This document shows positions 20,154 through 28,700 of a stretch of 44,499 nt of DNA, piece by piece. The translations under genes and the position numbers were made by a program. This DNA comes from an uncultured Planctomycetia bacterium (lineage in GTDB: Bacteria; Omnitrophota; Gorgyraeia; 2-01-FULL-45-10). Position 1 is the stretch's first letter, and each line of letters opens with the position of its first letter. The stretch covers positions 1 through 44,499 of the forward strand of contig CAZHPY010000004.1 in NCBI GenBank assembly GCA_964534705.1, written 5' to 3'. The notes beneath the pieces were generated by a model that worked only from the letters and a program-made list of their open reading frames with translations, was not told where the DNA came from and did not search any database.

Positions 20154-20775
20154 TGTCAACCTCGGCCCTTATCTTTAACTGTACCTCCGGGATCTCGCCG
20201 TCAACCCTTACAGTCTTTATCCTGCCAGGATATTTTGCGGCCAATTTTAAATATCCTGCCCTAACCCTGTCATGATACGCGATCTTTTTTGCCTCGATCC
20301 TGTCGGCGCCTTTCTTTTTTGCGCGTTTCAGGCCTTCCCGCGTATCTATATCAAGGAGAATGGTAAGATCAGGCTTCAACCCGCACGTAGCTATCTTGTC
20401 CAGGGCACGGATAACGTCAAGGTCGATCCTGCCGCCATAGCCCTGGTAAGAAAAAGTCGCGTCACTGAACCTGTCACATACAACTATATCCTTATTTCTA
20501 AGCGCAGGCTTTATAATATCCTGTACTATCTGGGAACGGCACGCTTCAAACAAAAATAATTCTGTCAGGTCCGATATATGGAATCCGTTCGATCTTAGCA
20601 GGACCTTCCTTACCTCTTCCCCAAGCTTTGTCCCCCCCGGCTCACGGGTTAATATGCATTTATGACCACGACCTTTCAGGTATTTCAAAAGCAGCCGTGA
20701 GTGCGTGCTCTTACCGCAGCCTTCTATCCCTTCGAACGTTATGAAGAGGCCTTTTTTTAAATTTGCCTTCGCCAC
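20140..20775 (-). CDS. tmk: thymidylate kinase
   Basis: It has the FITFEGIEGCGKST P-loop and a DRF motif. The start codon is apparently GTG. Confidence 0.9.
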   Translation of the reverse strand: MAKANLKKGLFITFEGIEGCGKSTHSRLLLKYLKGRGHKCILTREPGGTKLGEEVRKVLLRSNGFHISDLTELFLFEACRSQIVQDIIKPALRNKDIVVCDRFSDATFSYQGYGGRIDLDVIRALDKIATCGLKPDLTILLDIDTREGLKRAKKKGADRIEAKKIAYHDRVRAGYLKLAAKYPGRIKTVRVDGEIPEVQLKIRAEVDNVIC

Positions 20776-22157
20776 ACAGTACCTTCCTTGGTGTCTTCCA
20801 ATATCACGCCCATATCCGCCAGCGCCTTTCTTATCTCGTCGGACCTTTTGTAATCCTTCTTTTTCCTGGCTTCATCCCGTTCGTATATCATAGCCTCGAC
20901 TTTTGCCGGCAGGTCTTTCTCTTCTTCCTTAAGATCAAGGCCGAAGATCTGCGCCAGCTCCAGCAGTGTTTTTTTGGCTCCGAAAGCGATCTTAACATCT
21001 TCGATATTTTTATTTGTAAAATTAACGAGGTCGAACATGCTCGACAGGGCAAGCGGCATATTAAAATCATCCTCCATCGCCTCCTCGAATCGTGCCTTGA
21101 ATTTTTCAACTTCATCCACCTTGTGTCTTGTGTCCTGTGTCTTGTGTCTATTGATCTTCTCCAGCAGTATAAGGATCCTCTCTTTCTGCGCCTTCATTTC
21201 ATCTATCTTCTCATCGGTATAATCCACCGGATGACGATAATGAGTGTTAAGGAACAATAGCTTTAAGTAATCAGGGTCCTTATATCTTGAGATGAAATCC
21301 TTTATAGAGATAAAATTACCGAGAGACTTTGCCATTTTTTCGCTGTTAATGGTCAAAAGGCCGTTATGTATCCAGTAATGCGCAAACTTTTTACCTGCTC
21401 CTTCTGACTGGGCTATTTCATTTTCATGATGAGGAAAAATAAGGTCGACCCCTCCGCCGTGGATATCGAACTCGTCGCCCAGTATGTCGCTGCTCATGAC
21501 TGAGCATTCGATATGCCACCCCGGCCTCCCCATCCCCCATGGGCTTTTCCAGGACGGCTCCCCTTCTTTTGCATTCTTCCACAGCGCGAAATCAAGAGAG
21601 TCTTTCTTCTTTTCGCCCGGCGCTATTCTCGTGCCTGCCTCCATCTTATCCGGATTTTGGTTGGATAACTTACCGTAATCCGCGGCCTTTTTGATATCGA
21701 AGTAAACATCGCCGCCGGATTCATAAGCTGCTTCTTTTTTAATAAGGAGCTCGATAAACTTTATCATTTTTGGGATATATTCGGTCGCTTTTGGCTCTTT
21801 ATCCGGCTTACCTATGCCAAGCAGCTTCATGTCCCGATGATACGCATCCAGGTATCTCTTCGAGATCTCCTTTGTTTCTTCTACTAAATTTGACGCTTTG
21901 ACACTTTGACACTTTGACGCCTTCTTCGCTTTCTCAATTATTTTGTCATCCACATCCGTAACGTTTCTCACGAACGTTACCTTGTCGTTTTTATATTCGA
22001 AATAACGCCGGATGACATCAAATATATAGGCGCTCCTTGCATGGCCGATATGAGGCTCATCATAAACGGTCGGGCCGCATACATATATTCCGACCGATCC
22101 TGTTTTGATAGGCACAAATTCTTCTTTTTTTCTTGTCAGCGAATTGTATATCTTCAT
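20757..22157 (-). CDS. cysS: cysteine--tRNA ligase
   Basis: It has HIGH (PHIGHARS) and KMAKS. It contains two in-frame low-complexity nucleotide tracts (see findings). Confidence 0.95.
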   Translation of the reverse strand: MKIYNSLTRKKEEFVPIKTGSVGIYVCGPTVYDEPHIGHARSAYIFDVIRRYFEYKNDKVTFVRNVTDVDDKIIEKAKKASKCQSVKASNLVEETKEISKRYLDAYHRDMKLLGIGKPDKEPKATEYIPKMIKFIELLIKKEAAYESGGDVYFDIKKAADYGKLSNQNPDKMEAGTRIAPGEKKKDSLDFALWKNAKEGEPSWKSPWGMGRPGWHIECSVMSSDILGDEFDIHGGGVDLIFPHHENEIAQSEGAGKKFAHYWIHNGLLTINSEKMAKSLGNFISIKDFISRYKDPDYLKLLFLNTHYRHPVDYTDEKIDEMKAQKERILILLEKINRHKTQDTRHKVDEVEKFKARFEEAMEDDFNMPLALSSMFDLVNFTNKNIEDVKIAFGAKKTLLELAQIFGLDLKEEEKDLPAKVEAMIYERDEARKKKDYKRSDEIRKALADMGVILEDTKEGTVWRRQI

Positions 22158-22831
22158 TTCTCCAGGTCTTCTATCCTTTTCTTCAGTTCATCTATATCCT
22201 GCAGTATAGGGTCGAGAACATGGACATGGTCCAGGCTCGTATCTATTTTTTTACCATCCTGCCTGGTGATCCTCCCGGGTACGCCGACAACTGTAGAATT
22301 AGGCGGTACGTCTTTGATAACAACGGCGTTTGAACCTATGTATGAATTATCTCCCACCAATATGTTGCCAAGGACCTTGGCGCCCGCCCCTATTACAACA
22401 TTATTGCCTATGGTTGGATGGCGTTTCCCCTTCTCTTTTCCGGTCCCCCCCAGGGTCGCCCCCTGATATATGGTAACGTTATCCCCTACAATGGTAGTTT
22501 CGCCTATAACAACCCCCATGCCGTGATCTATAAAAAAACCTGAGCCTATCGTAGCGCCCGGGTGTATTTCGATGCCTGTAAAAAAGCGTCCGACCTGTGA
22601 GATCCACCTCGGGAAAAAAGGTATGCGTAACTTAAAAAGGGCGTTGGATGCCCTGTGGAAGATCAGCGCATGCAGTCCGGCATATGTCAACAGGACTTCT
22701 AAAAAACTTTTTGCAGCAGGATCACGATCGAATATGGCATCTATCTCTTTCTTGAAAAGCAGGGCCACTACGATCCAAAAAACGGCTACTATAAGGATTA
22801 CGTTCAGCACAATACTAATGCATACTGTCAT
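22154..22831 (-). CDS. cysE: serine O-acetyltransferase (short type) with hydrophobic N-terminal extension
   Basis: It has DRDPAAKS and left-handed beta-helix hexapeptide repeats. A GGGGTGA lies upstream of ATG 22831. Confidence 0.85.
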   Translation of the reverse strand: MTVCISIVLNVILIVAVFWIVVALLFKKEIDAIFDRDPAAKSFLEVLLTYAGLHALIFHRASNALFKLRIPFFPRWISQVGRFFTGIEIHPGATIGSGFFIDHGMGVVIGETTIVGDNVTIYQGATLGGTGKEKGKRHPTIGNNVVIGAGAKVLGNILVGDNSYIGSNAVVIKDVPPNSTVVGVPGRITRQDGKKIDTSLDHVHVLDPILQDIDELKKRIEDLEK

Positions 22832-22843
22832 ATGTCACCCCGG

Positions 22844-23323
22844 CTATGTTTGTCGTTCTACTACTGTCGCAACCGCATATGCGGCTATGGCATCTCCGCG
22901 CCCAAGAGACCCCACACCTTCATTGGTCGTCGCTTTTATATTGATCCGCGACTTGTCTATGCCTATTACAGCCGATATCACTTCGATCATCTTGTCCTTA
23001 AAAGGCATTATTTTAGGCTCTTCCGCTATTATCGCTACGTCGATGTTATTCACTGTGTACTTTTTTTCTGATACCATATGCGCTACCTTTTTCAATATCT
23101 CGCTGCTGGGTATATCCTTGAAATCAGGGTTTGTATTTGGAAAATGCTGCCCTATATCGCCAAGAGCGAGCGCGCCCAAAAGGGCGTCGGATATGGCATG
23201 AAGCATGACATCTCCATCCGAATACCCTATCAAGCCTTTTACGTAGGGTATTTCAACGCCGCCCAAAAAAAGTTTTCTCTCTTCAACTAGCCTGTGTATA
23301 TCGTACCCTATACCAATTTTCAT
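22844..23323 (-). CDS. ispF: 2-C-methyl-D-erythritol 2,4-cyclodiphosphate synthase
   Basis: Motifs are IGIGYDIHRL, YSDGDV and TTNEG. Confidence 0.95.
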   Translation of the reverse strand: MKIGIGYDIHRLVEERKLFLGGVEIPYVKGLIGYSDGDVMLHAISDALLGALALGDIGQHFPNTNPDFKDIPSSEILKKVAHMVSEKKYTVNNIDVAIIAEEPKIMPFKDKMIEVISAVIGIDKSRINIKATTNEGVGSLGRGDAIAAYAVATVVERQT

Positions 23324-23997
23324 AATAGTACCTCGGCTATTTTTAGGTCCTCTCTGGTCGTTATCTTGATATTTTTGGCTGTGCCTTCGAGGATCCTGAC
23401 TTTCCTGCCCATATATTCGAGGCAGGATGCTTCATCGGTTATCTCTTTATTGCTGCCTTTATATTTAAGGCACTGTTTAAGCAGGCCATATCTGAAAACC
23501 TGCGGCGTCTGAGCGCGCCAAAGGTTATTTCTATTAAGCGTTTTCCTTATCAATAAGTTTTTGTCCGCCAGTTTTACCGTATCTGTCTGTCGTATTGCCG
23601 TGATACAAGCGCCGTATTTATATGAACAAAGAACGGTCCTTTTTATCAGGTCCTTCGATAAAAACGGCCTCGCCGCGTCATGTATCAGCACAAGATCGCA
23701 ATCTTCATCGACCAGGTCAAAGCAATTCCTGACCGACTCAGACCTTGTCTTCCCCCCCGCTGTAACAAAACGCGCTTTCGATATACCGTATTTATTTATT
23801 AGTTTTTTAAGGCGCCCTATCATACGGGCCTGGACCGCTACAATTATAGTATCTATATATTCGGATGAATTGAGGGTCTTAAGAGCATACGCTATGATAG
23901 GCTTACCGCCGAGCAGCACAAATGGTTTACTCTTACGCAATCCCAGCCTTTCCCCTGAACCGGCAGCCGGAACTATTGCGACTACTTTAGGACTCAT
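23320..23997 (-). CDS. ispD: 2-C-methyl-D-erythritol 4-phosphate cytidylyltransferase
   Basis: It has the VPAAGSGERLG motif. I take ATG 23997, which forms an ATGA overlap with the upstream stop. The track start at 24009 is a TTG. Confidence 0.9.
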   Translation of the reverse strand: MSPKVVAIVPAAGSGERLGLRKSKPFVLLGGKPIIAYALKTLNSSEYIDTIIVAVQARMIGRLKKLINKYGISKARFVTAGGKTRSESVRNCFDLVDEDCDLVLIHDAARPFLSKDLIKRTVLCSYKYGACITAIRQTDTVKLADKNLLIRKTLNRNNLWRAQTPQVFRYGLLKQCLKYKGSNKEITDEASCLEYMGRKVRILEGTAKNIKITTREDLKIAEVLL

Positions 23998-25022
23998 TTC
24001 CCCTTCCAACCGCCCTGCGATCTTGGAGATTCCTCCAACTTGGCAAATATCATCCTGCCTGCGGATGTCTGAAGCACGCTTGTTACCACTACCTTTGCTA
24101 CCTGCCCTATCAGATGCCTTGTGTTATCGACTACTACCATGGTCCCGTCATCAAGATATCCCACACCCTGGTTGTATTCTTTCCCTTCCTTGGAGATCCT
24201 GACTTCCATTGTTTCGCCGGGCAGCACTACAGGCCTCAGGGCATTGGCCAGTTCATTGATATTGAGGACGGTCACTCCCTGCAGCTCAGCTATCTTATTG
24301 AGGTTAAAATCATTAGTAACTACTTTTGCGCCGAAAAGCTGGGCCATCTTAACAAGCTTTGCGTCAACATCCTTTATGTCCGGAAAATCTTCTTCCTGGA
24401 TCCTTACGTTTAGCTTGGAATTCTTCTGTAATCTGTTCAATATATCAAGGCCTCTCCTGCCACGGTTACGCTTAAGCGCATCCTGCGAATCAGCTATCTG
24501 CTGCAACTCTCTAAGGACAAACCTCGGGATCACTATCCTGCCTTCAACAAATTTTGTGTCCAGTATATCTGCTATTCTTCCGTCTATTATGACGCTGGTG
24601 TCAAGAAGCACTATATCTTCCCGCTCATCCTGCCGGACAAATTTTACATACGGTATAATAAGATTGAATTCATCCTTGCCCCTCATCGCTATGACCATGC
24701 CAAGGTAACAAAACACGAGTATCAATATTATCTGGAGGGAAGAAAAAAGTTCTATGCTCATCGGGATAAGCTTTAAAACGCTTGTAAGTATCCACGCCAT
24801 AAAAAACCCGAATATAAGGCCGAATACCGCCGCAGAAAGATTCCTGACAGAAAATCTTCTCATACCTACTTCCATGAGGATTATTATGCTCGATCCCACA
24901 AACCCACATATAGCCCCGCCTATCTGCCACATCAGGGCATAGTTTCCCATGAGGATACCAACATAATAACCTACTATGGTACTTACTATTACGAAAAAAG
25001 CCCTTAAATATAATACCGTCAT
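23994..25022 (-). CDS. membrane-anchored PIN + TRAM domain protein (YacL-like)
   Basis: It has four N-terminal TM helices, then a PIN motif (LLDTSVIIDGRI) and a C-terminal TRAM-like beta domain. The position upstream of ispDF matches Bacillus yacL. Confidence 0.75.
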   Translation of the reverse strand: MTVLYLRAFFVIVSTIVGYYVGILMGNYALMWQIGGAICGFVGSSIIILMEVGMRRFSVRNLSAAVFGLIFGFFMAWILTSVLKLIPMSIELFSSLQIILILVFCYLGMVIAMRGKDEFNLIIPYVKFVRQDEREDIVLLDTSVIIDGRIADILDTKFVEGRIVIPRFVLRELQQIADSQDALKRNRGRRGLDILNRLQKNSKLNVRIQEEDFPDIKDVDAKLVKMAQLFGAKVVTNDFNLNKIAELQGVTVLNINELANALRPVVLPGETMEVRISKEGKEYNQGVGYLDDGTMVVVDNTRHLIGQVAKVVVTSVLQTSAGRMIFAKLEESPRSQGGWKGK

Positions 25023-25049
25023 ATATTTTCTCCTCGCTTCTTTTATTAT

Positions 25050-25658
25050 TTATTGGCCCCGGGGCTTATTCAGAAGCTTCCAGGGGTTATTCCTGATATC
25101 TGCGGTAAATTCCTCTAAATTCTTATATACTGCGTCATCCGTCAACAGCTTCCCGACAGTCCCTTCACCGTTCTTCAGCCGGGTGACTATTACATTGACC
25201 GAATCCGTAAGGCTGCCGAGCTTTTCGAATATTTTATTCACCGAAGCCGGGTCCTTTCCAGTAAGGATATCTCCTTCATCCAAAAATTTCGAGCCTGTCC
25301 CCGGGGATATCTCCAGATATTTTTCTCCCATAAAACCGAGAGTATTTATAGTCGCGATGGCCTCGCTATCGATCTTGACGTTTTCCTTGATCCATGCGTA
25401 TAGCTGGGCCTTCATCTTCTTTTCCTTTTCATTATAATATATCTTCAGCCCGTCGATCTGGCCAACACCGACACCAGCAAGCCTTACGGGAGCGCTCCCG
25501 CCTATCCCGTCAACAAAGTTAAAGTCTACTTTTATGTGGTAGCCGCGTTTTACCAGATTTATATCCCCTATCGAAAATACGATTATAAATAGTATTGCTA
25601 TGCCGATCATTATGAATATGCCTACCTTTAATTCAAAAACCTTTTCACCGTCCATCAA
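25050..25658 (-). CDS. mlaD: MCE-domain protein MlaD
   Basis: It has an N-terminal TM helix plus a single MCE domain. It lies downstream of mlaEF. Confidence 0.75.
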   Translation of the reverse strand: MMDGEKVFELKVGIFIMIGIAILFIIVFSIGDINLVKRGYHIKVDFNFVDGIGGSAPVRLAGVGVGQIDGLKIYYNEKEKKMKAQLYAWIKENVKIDSEAIATINTLGFMGEKYLEISPGTGSKFLDEGDILTGKDPASVNKIFEKLGSLTDSVNVIVTRLKNGEGTVGKLLTDDAVYKNLEEFTADIRNNPWKLLNKPRGQ

Positions 25659-25676
25659 TACCTCCGATTTTATTAT

Positions 25677-26444
25677 TTATATTAAATGCGCGAAATCTAT
25701 ACCTTCTGTTATGGGGCCCGCTGCGGCGCCAGTAATAAACTGTTTTACTATAGGATCGTTTGTGTTCTTTATCTGTTCAGGGTTCCCGTCCGCTATTATT
25801 TTTCCATTATAAAGCATAGTTATCCTGTCGCCTATCTTATAGGCGCTCGTCATATCATGCGTAACGGCTATAGATGTAATATTCAGCTTGGAATGCAATT
25901 GCACTATAAGATCGTTTATAGAATCCCCCATTATCGGATCCAGCCCTGTCGTAGGTTCATCGTACAAAATTATCCGCGGCCTCAAAAATATGGCCCTTGC
26001 CAACCCCACGCGTTTTCTCATACCGCCTGATAACTCCGCAGGTTTTTTATCCTCGATACCCTTTAGTCCGACAAGAGCAAGGCATTCTTCAACCCTCTTT
26101 GTGATCTCTTCTTTTGTTGCGCTGGAATGCTCCAGCATGCTGAATCCCACGTTTTCAAGCACGGTAAGAGAATCAAAAAGGGCCGCGCCCTGGAAAAGCA
26201 TACCGAATTTCATCCTTATTTCGTTGAGCTCTTTTTCATCCATGCGCGTGGTATCTTTGCCGTCAATAAGCACATGCCCAGAATCGGGCTTCAGTAACCC
26301 TATTATATGTTTTAACAGGACGCTCTTGCCGCAGCCAGACCGCCCTATTATTACAGTAGTCTCTCCGTCTTTTATATTAAGATTGAGATTGTCCAGGACT
26401 TTATGCCCGCCGAAAGTCTTGGAAACATTTATTATCTCGATCAT
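25677..26444 (-). CDS. mlaF: ABC transporter ATP-binding protein MlaF
   Basis: It has Walker A GRSGCGKS, signature LSGGMRKR and Walker B ILYDEPT. Confidence 0.85.
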   Translation of the reverse strand: MIEIINVSKTFGGHKVLDNLNLNIKDGETTVIIGRSGCGKSVLLKHIIGLLKPDSGHVLIDGKDTTRMDEKELNEIRMKFGMLFQGAALFDSLTVLENVGFSMLEHSSATKEEITKRVEECLALVGLKGIEDKKPAELSGGMRKRVGLARAIFLRPRIILYDEPTTGLDPIMGDSINDLIVQLHSKLNITSIAVTHDMTSAYKIGDRITMLYNGKIIADGNPEQIKNTNDPIVKQFITGAAAGPITEGIDFAHLI

Positions 26445-26456
26445 GAAAAATACCCT

Positions 26457-27239
26457 TTAAGTAAGGAAGTAAAATAACGCTGTAAAGAAACAGTCTGAAG
26501 CTATTATTAAGATGAAGCTTGTAACAACGCTGGCTGTCGTGGCCTTGCCTACTCCTTCTGCCCCGCCTTCCGTCTTCATGCCTTCAAAACAGGCAACTAT
26601 GCATATTATCATCGCAAAGAACGAGCTTTTTATAAGCCCCGTATAAATATCCTTATATTTAAGGGCCTTCCATGTCATTTTCATATACATGGAATGGCTG
26701 ACATTTAGCTTATGTACGCCTATGAGATATCCACCCAACCCGCCTATAATATCGGAATAAAGCGTTAATATCGGTATCATTATGAGCAGCGCGAGGAACC
26801 TCGGGACTACCAGATATTTTACGGGATTTGTAGCAAGCGTTTCCAGCGCATCGATCTGTTCGGTAACTTTCATAGTGCCTATCTCTGCCGTTATCGACGC
26901 CCCTGTCCTGCCCGCTACTATCAAAGCAGTCAATACAGGGCCCAATTCGCGCGTCATGGAAAGCGCGACTAAAGATGCTATGTACATCTCGGCAGAAAGC
27001 TTCTGCATCTGGTAAGCGCTCTGCAGCGCCAGGACCATACCCGTAAACAAACTTATAAGCGAAACTATCGGGAGACTGTCCACTCCTATCTTAGACATCT
27101 GCTCTACTATGTGGCGTCGCCTTAAAGGCGGTATCGGTATCCAAAAGAGTGTCTCACCCAACAGTATTGCTGTGCCGCCGGCATACCTGACAAATTCGAT
27201 AAAACGCCTGCCTATGACCTGGGCGATATTCTTGAGCAT
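26457..27239 (-). CDS. mlaE: ABC transporter permease MlaE
   Basis: It is a 260-aa polytopic permease with the MlaE-type conserved core (LGPVLTALIVAGRTGASITAEIGTMKVTEQIDAL). Confidence 0.85.
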   Translation of the reverse strand: MLKNIAQVIGRRFIEFVRYAGGTAILLGETLFWIPIPPLRRRHIVEQMSKIGVDSLPIVSLISLFTGMVLALQSAYQMQKLSAEMYIASLVALSMTRELGPVLTALIVAGRTGASITAEIGTMKVTEQIDALETLATNPVKYLVVPRFLALLIMIPILTLYSDIIGGLGGYLIGVHKLNVSHSMYMKMTWKALKYKDIYTGLIKSSFFAMIICIVACFEGMKTEGGAEGVGKATTASVVTSFILIIASDCFFTALFYFLT

Positions 27240-27262
27240 TGCTCTCCCCTTTTAATTGCTTT

Positions 27263-28693
27263 TTAAAATTTATCTTTATGCTCTAAACCGAAAAAATTCT
27301 GGTTATCCCTTATCTTGACTTTCAAGCTGTCATTGGGATGCAGGTTGTACGAAAGCTCGTATTCGTCCCTGTCCCACAGGCTTTCGTCAACCTTATCATC
27401 ATTTACAAATTTTTTGAAGCCTATATCTATATCCCCGGCGATCTTCTTTTGCATCCTGAATTCACGCACATCCTGCCATTTTGATGTATTATATTGATCC
27501 CAGAGTATGGTGTTCTCCCCTTCCGTTATCTTGAGGTTCTCAAAAAAGCTGTCTTTACCTATCCTCGCTAAGTCCATGTATCCGCCAAGAGTGAAGGATC
27601 CGCTTTCACGGGTTATGCGTGAATCGTCTATTGCTATGACCGGCCCATCACCCTTAAGATCGGCGCTCAAAAACTCGAATTTCATATCGCCGACTTTGCC
27701 TTTTTTTATTTCAAGGCGCACTTTGCTCCGGATCTTTTCAAGTGGCCCTTTAAGCTCCCATTTGCTGTTCATTGTCCCCGCAATAAATGACGCATAACGC
27801 GGATTGAATATAGCCAGTATCTGTTCAAGGTTTACATTATCCGTTACGGCTATCGCATCCACCATATACGGCTCTTTAAGCGCAAATTTGCCATTCAGAT
27901 AACATATCTTCCCAAGATCAAGGTCGTTTATTTCAAATATCCCGTTGAACACCCTGTAAGACGCTTTTATGTCATTAAATGGCTTGTAGTTTAAAACAAG
28001 GTTTTTCGCTTCTATCTCTCCTTCGAAGCTCCCTTCCTTATTGCCCGAAAGGTCCCTGGATATGATATTCTTTATTATTGCCTCGCCCGTTATGTCAAAG
28101 TGATGCAGCTTAAGGTGGCTGGCAATTACTCTTAAGATCAGAACGCCGTCCGCCGCAAAATTGCCTTGTATCTTTGCAAGTCCTTCCCGTGGCCTGAGAA
28201 TCACATCGACTATGCCGTTCTTTATCTTGCCGGATATCTCTATCCTGTCCCCGCTGAACAATCTTATATAACCCTTGATCGAAGCATCGTCTATGGCACC
28301 TTCGAGGACTATAAAACCGGCAAGCTCATGGCTCTTTGCCGCAAAATCGATAGCTATATAAGGTTTTGCTGAAAAAAGTCCTGGAAAAATAAAATTCCAT
28401 ACCCTGTAATTTGAAATTATGTTGTCTATCTCGACGATCTTGGAAGGACCGTTGGCTTCTTTTTTGAGTATCTTGACATCCTGGAGCGAGAAAGGCCTTA
28501 TGATCCCTCCTCGTAGCTCGCCTATAGATATATCGATCTTCCTGCTAAAAACATCTTCGATCCTGCCTTCGGCCAGCACCTTGAACTGGGGCGCAAACGC
28601 TTCTATCCTGCTTTCAAAGAACGCAATAAAACTTAAAACCAAAAGTATGACCAAAAGCGCTTTAAAGCGCCTTCTAGCTCTTATGTTTCTCAT
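27263..28693 (-). CDS. hypothetical membrane-anchored, beta-rich protein (family not recognised)
   Basis: It has an N-terminal basic segment plus TM helix (RRRFKALLVILLVLSFIAFF). The remaining ~450 aa has alternating hydrophobic patterns. It starts 7 nt after the clpC stop and ends 23 nt before mlaE. Confidence 0.6.
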   Translation of the reverse strand: MRNIRARRRFKALLVILLVLSFIAFFESRIEAFAPQFKVLAEGRIEDVFSRKIDISIGELRGGIIRPFSLQDVKILKKEANGPSKIVEIDNIISNYRVWNFIFPGLFSAKPYIAIDFAAKSHELAGFIVLEGAIDDASIKGYIRLFSGDRIEISGKIKNGIVDVILRPREGLAKIQGNFAADGVLILRVIASHLKLHHFDITGEAIIKNIISRDLSGNKEGSFEGEIEAKNLVLNYKPFNDIKASYRVFNGIFEINDLDLGKICYLNGKFALKEPYMVDAIAVTDNVNLEQILAIFNPRYASFIAGTMNSKWELKGPLEKIRSKVRLEIKKGKVGDMKFEFLSADLKGDGPVIAIDDSRITRESGSFTLGGYMDLARIGKDSFFENLKITEGENTILWDQYNTSKWQDVREFRMQKKIAGDIDIGFKKFVNDDKVDESLWDRDEYELSYNLHPNDSLKVKIRDNQNFFGLEHKDKF

Positions 28694-28700
28694 GACGATT

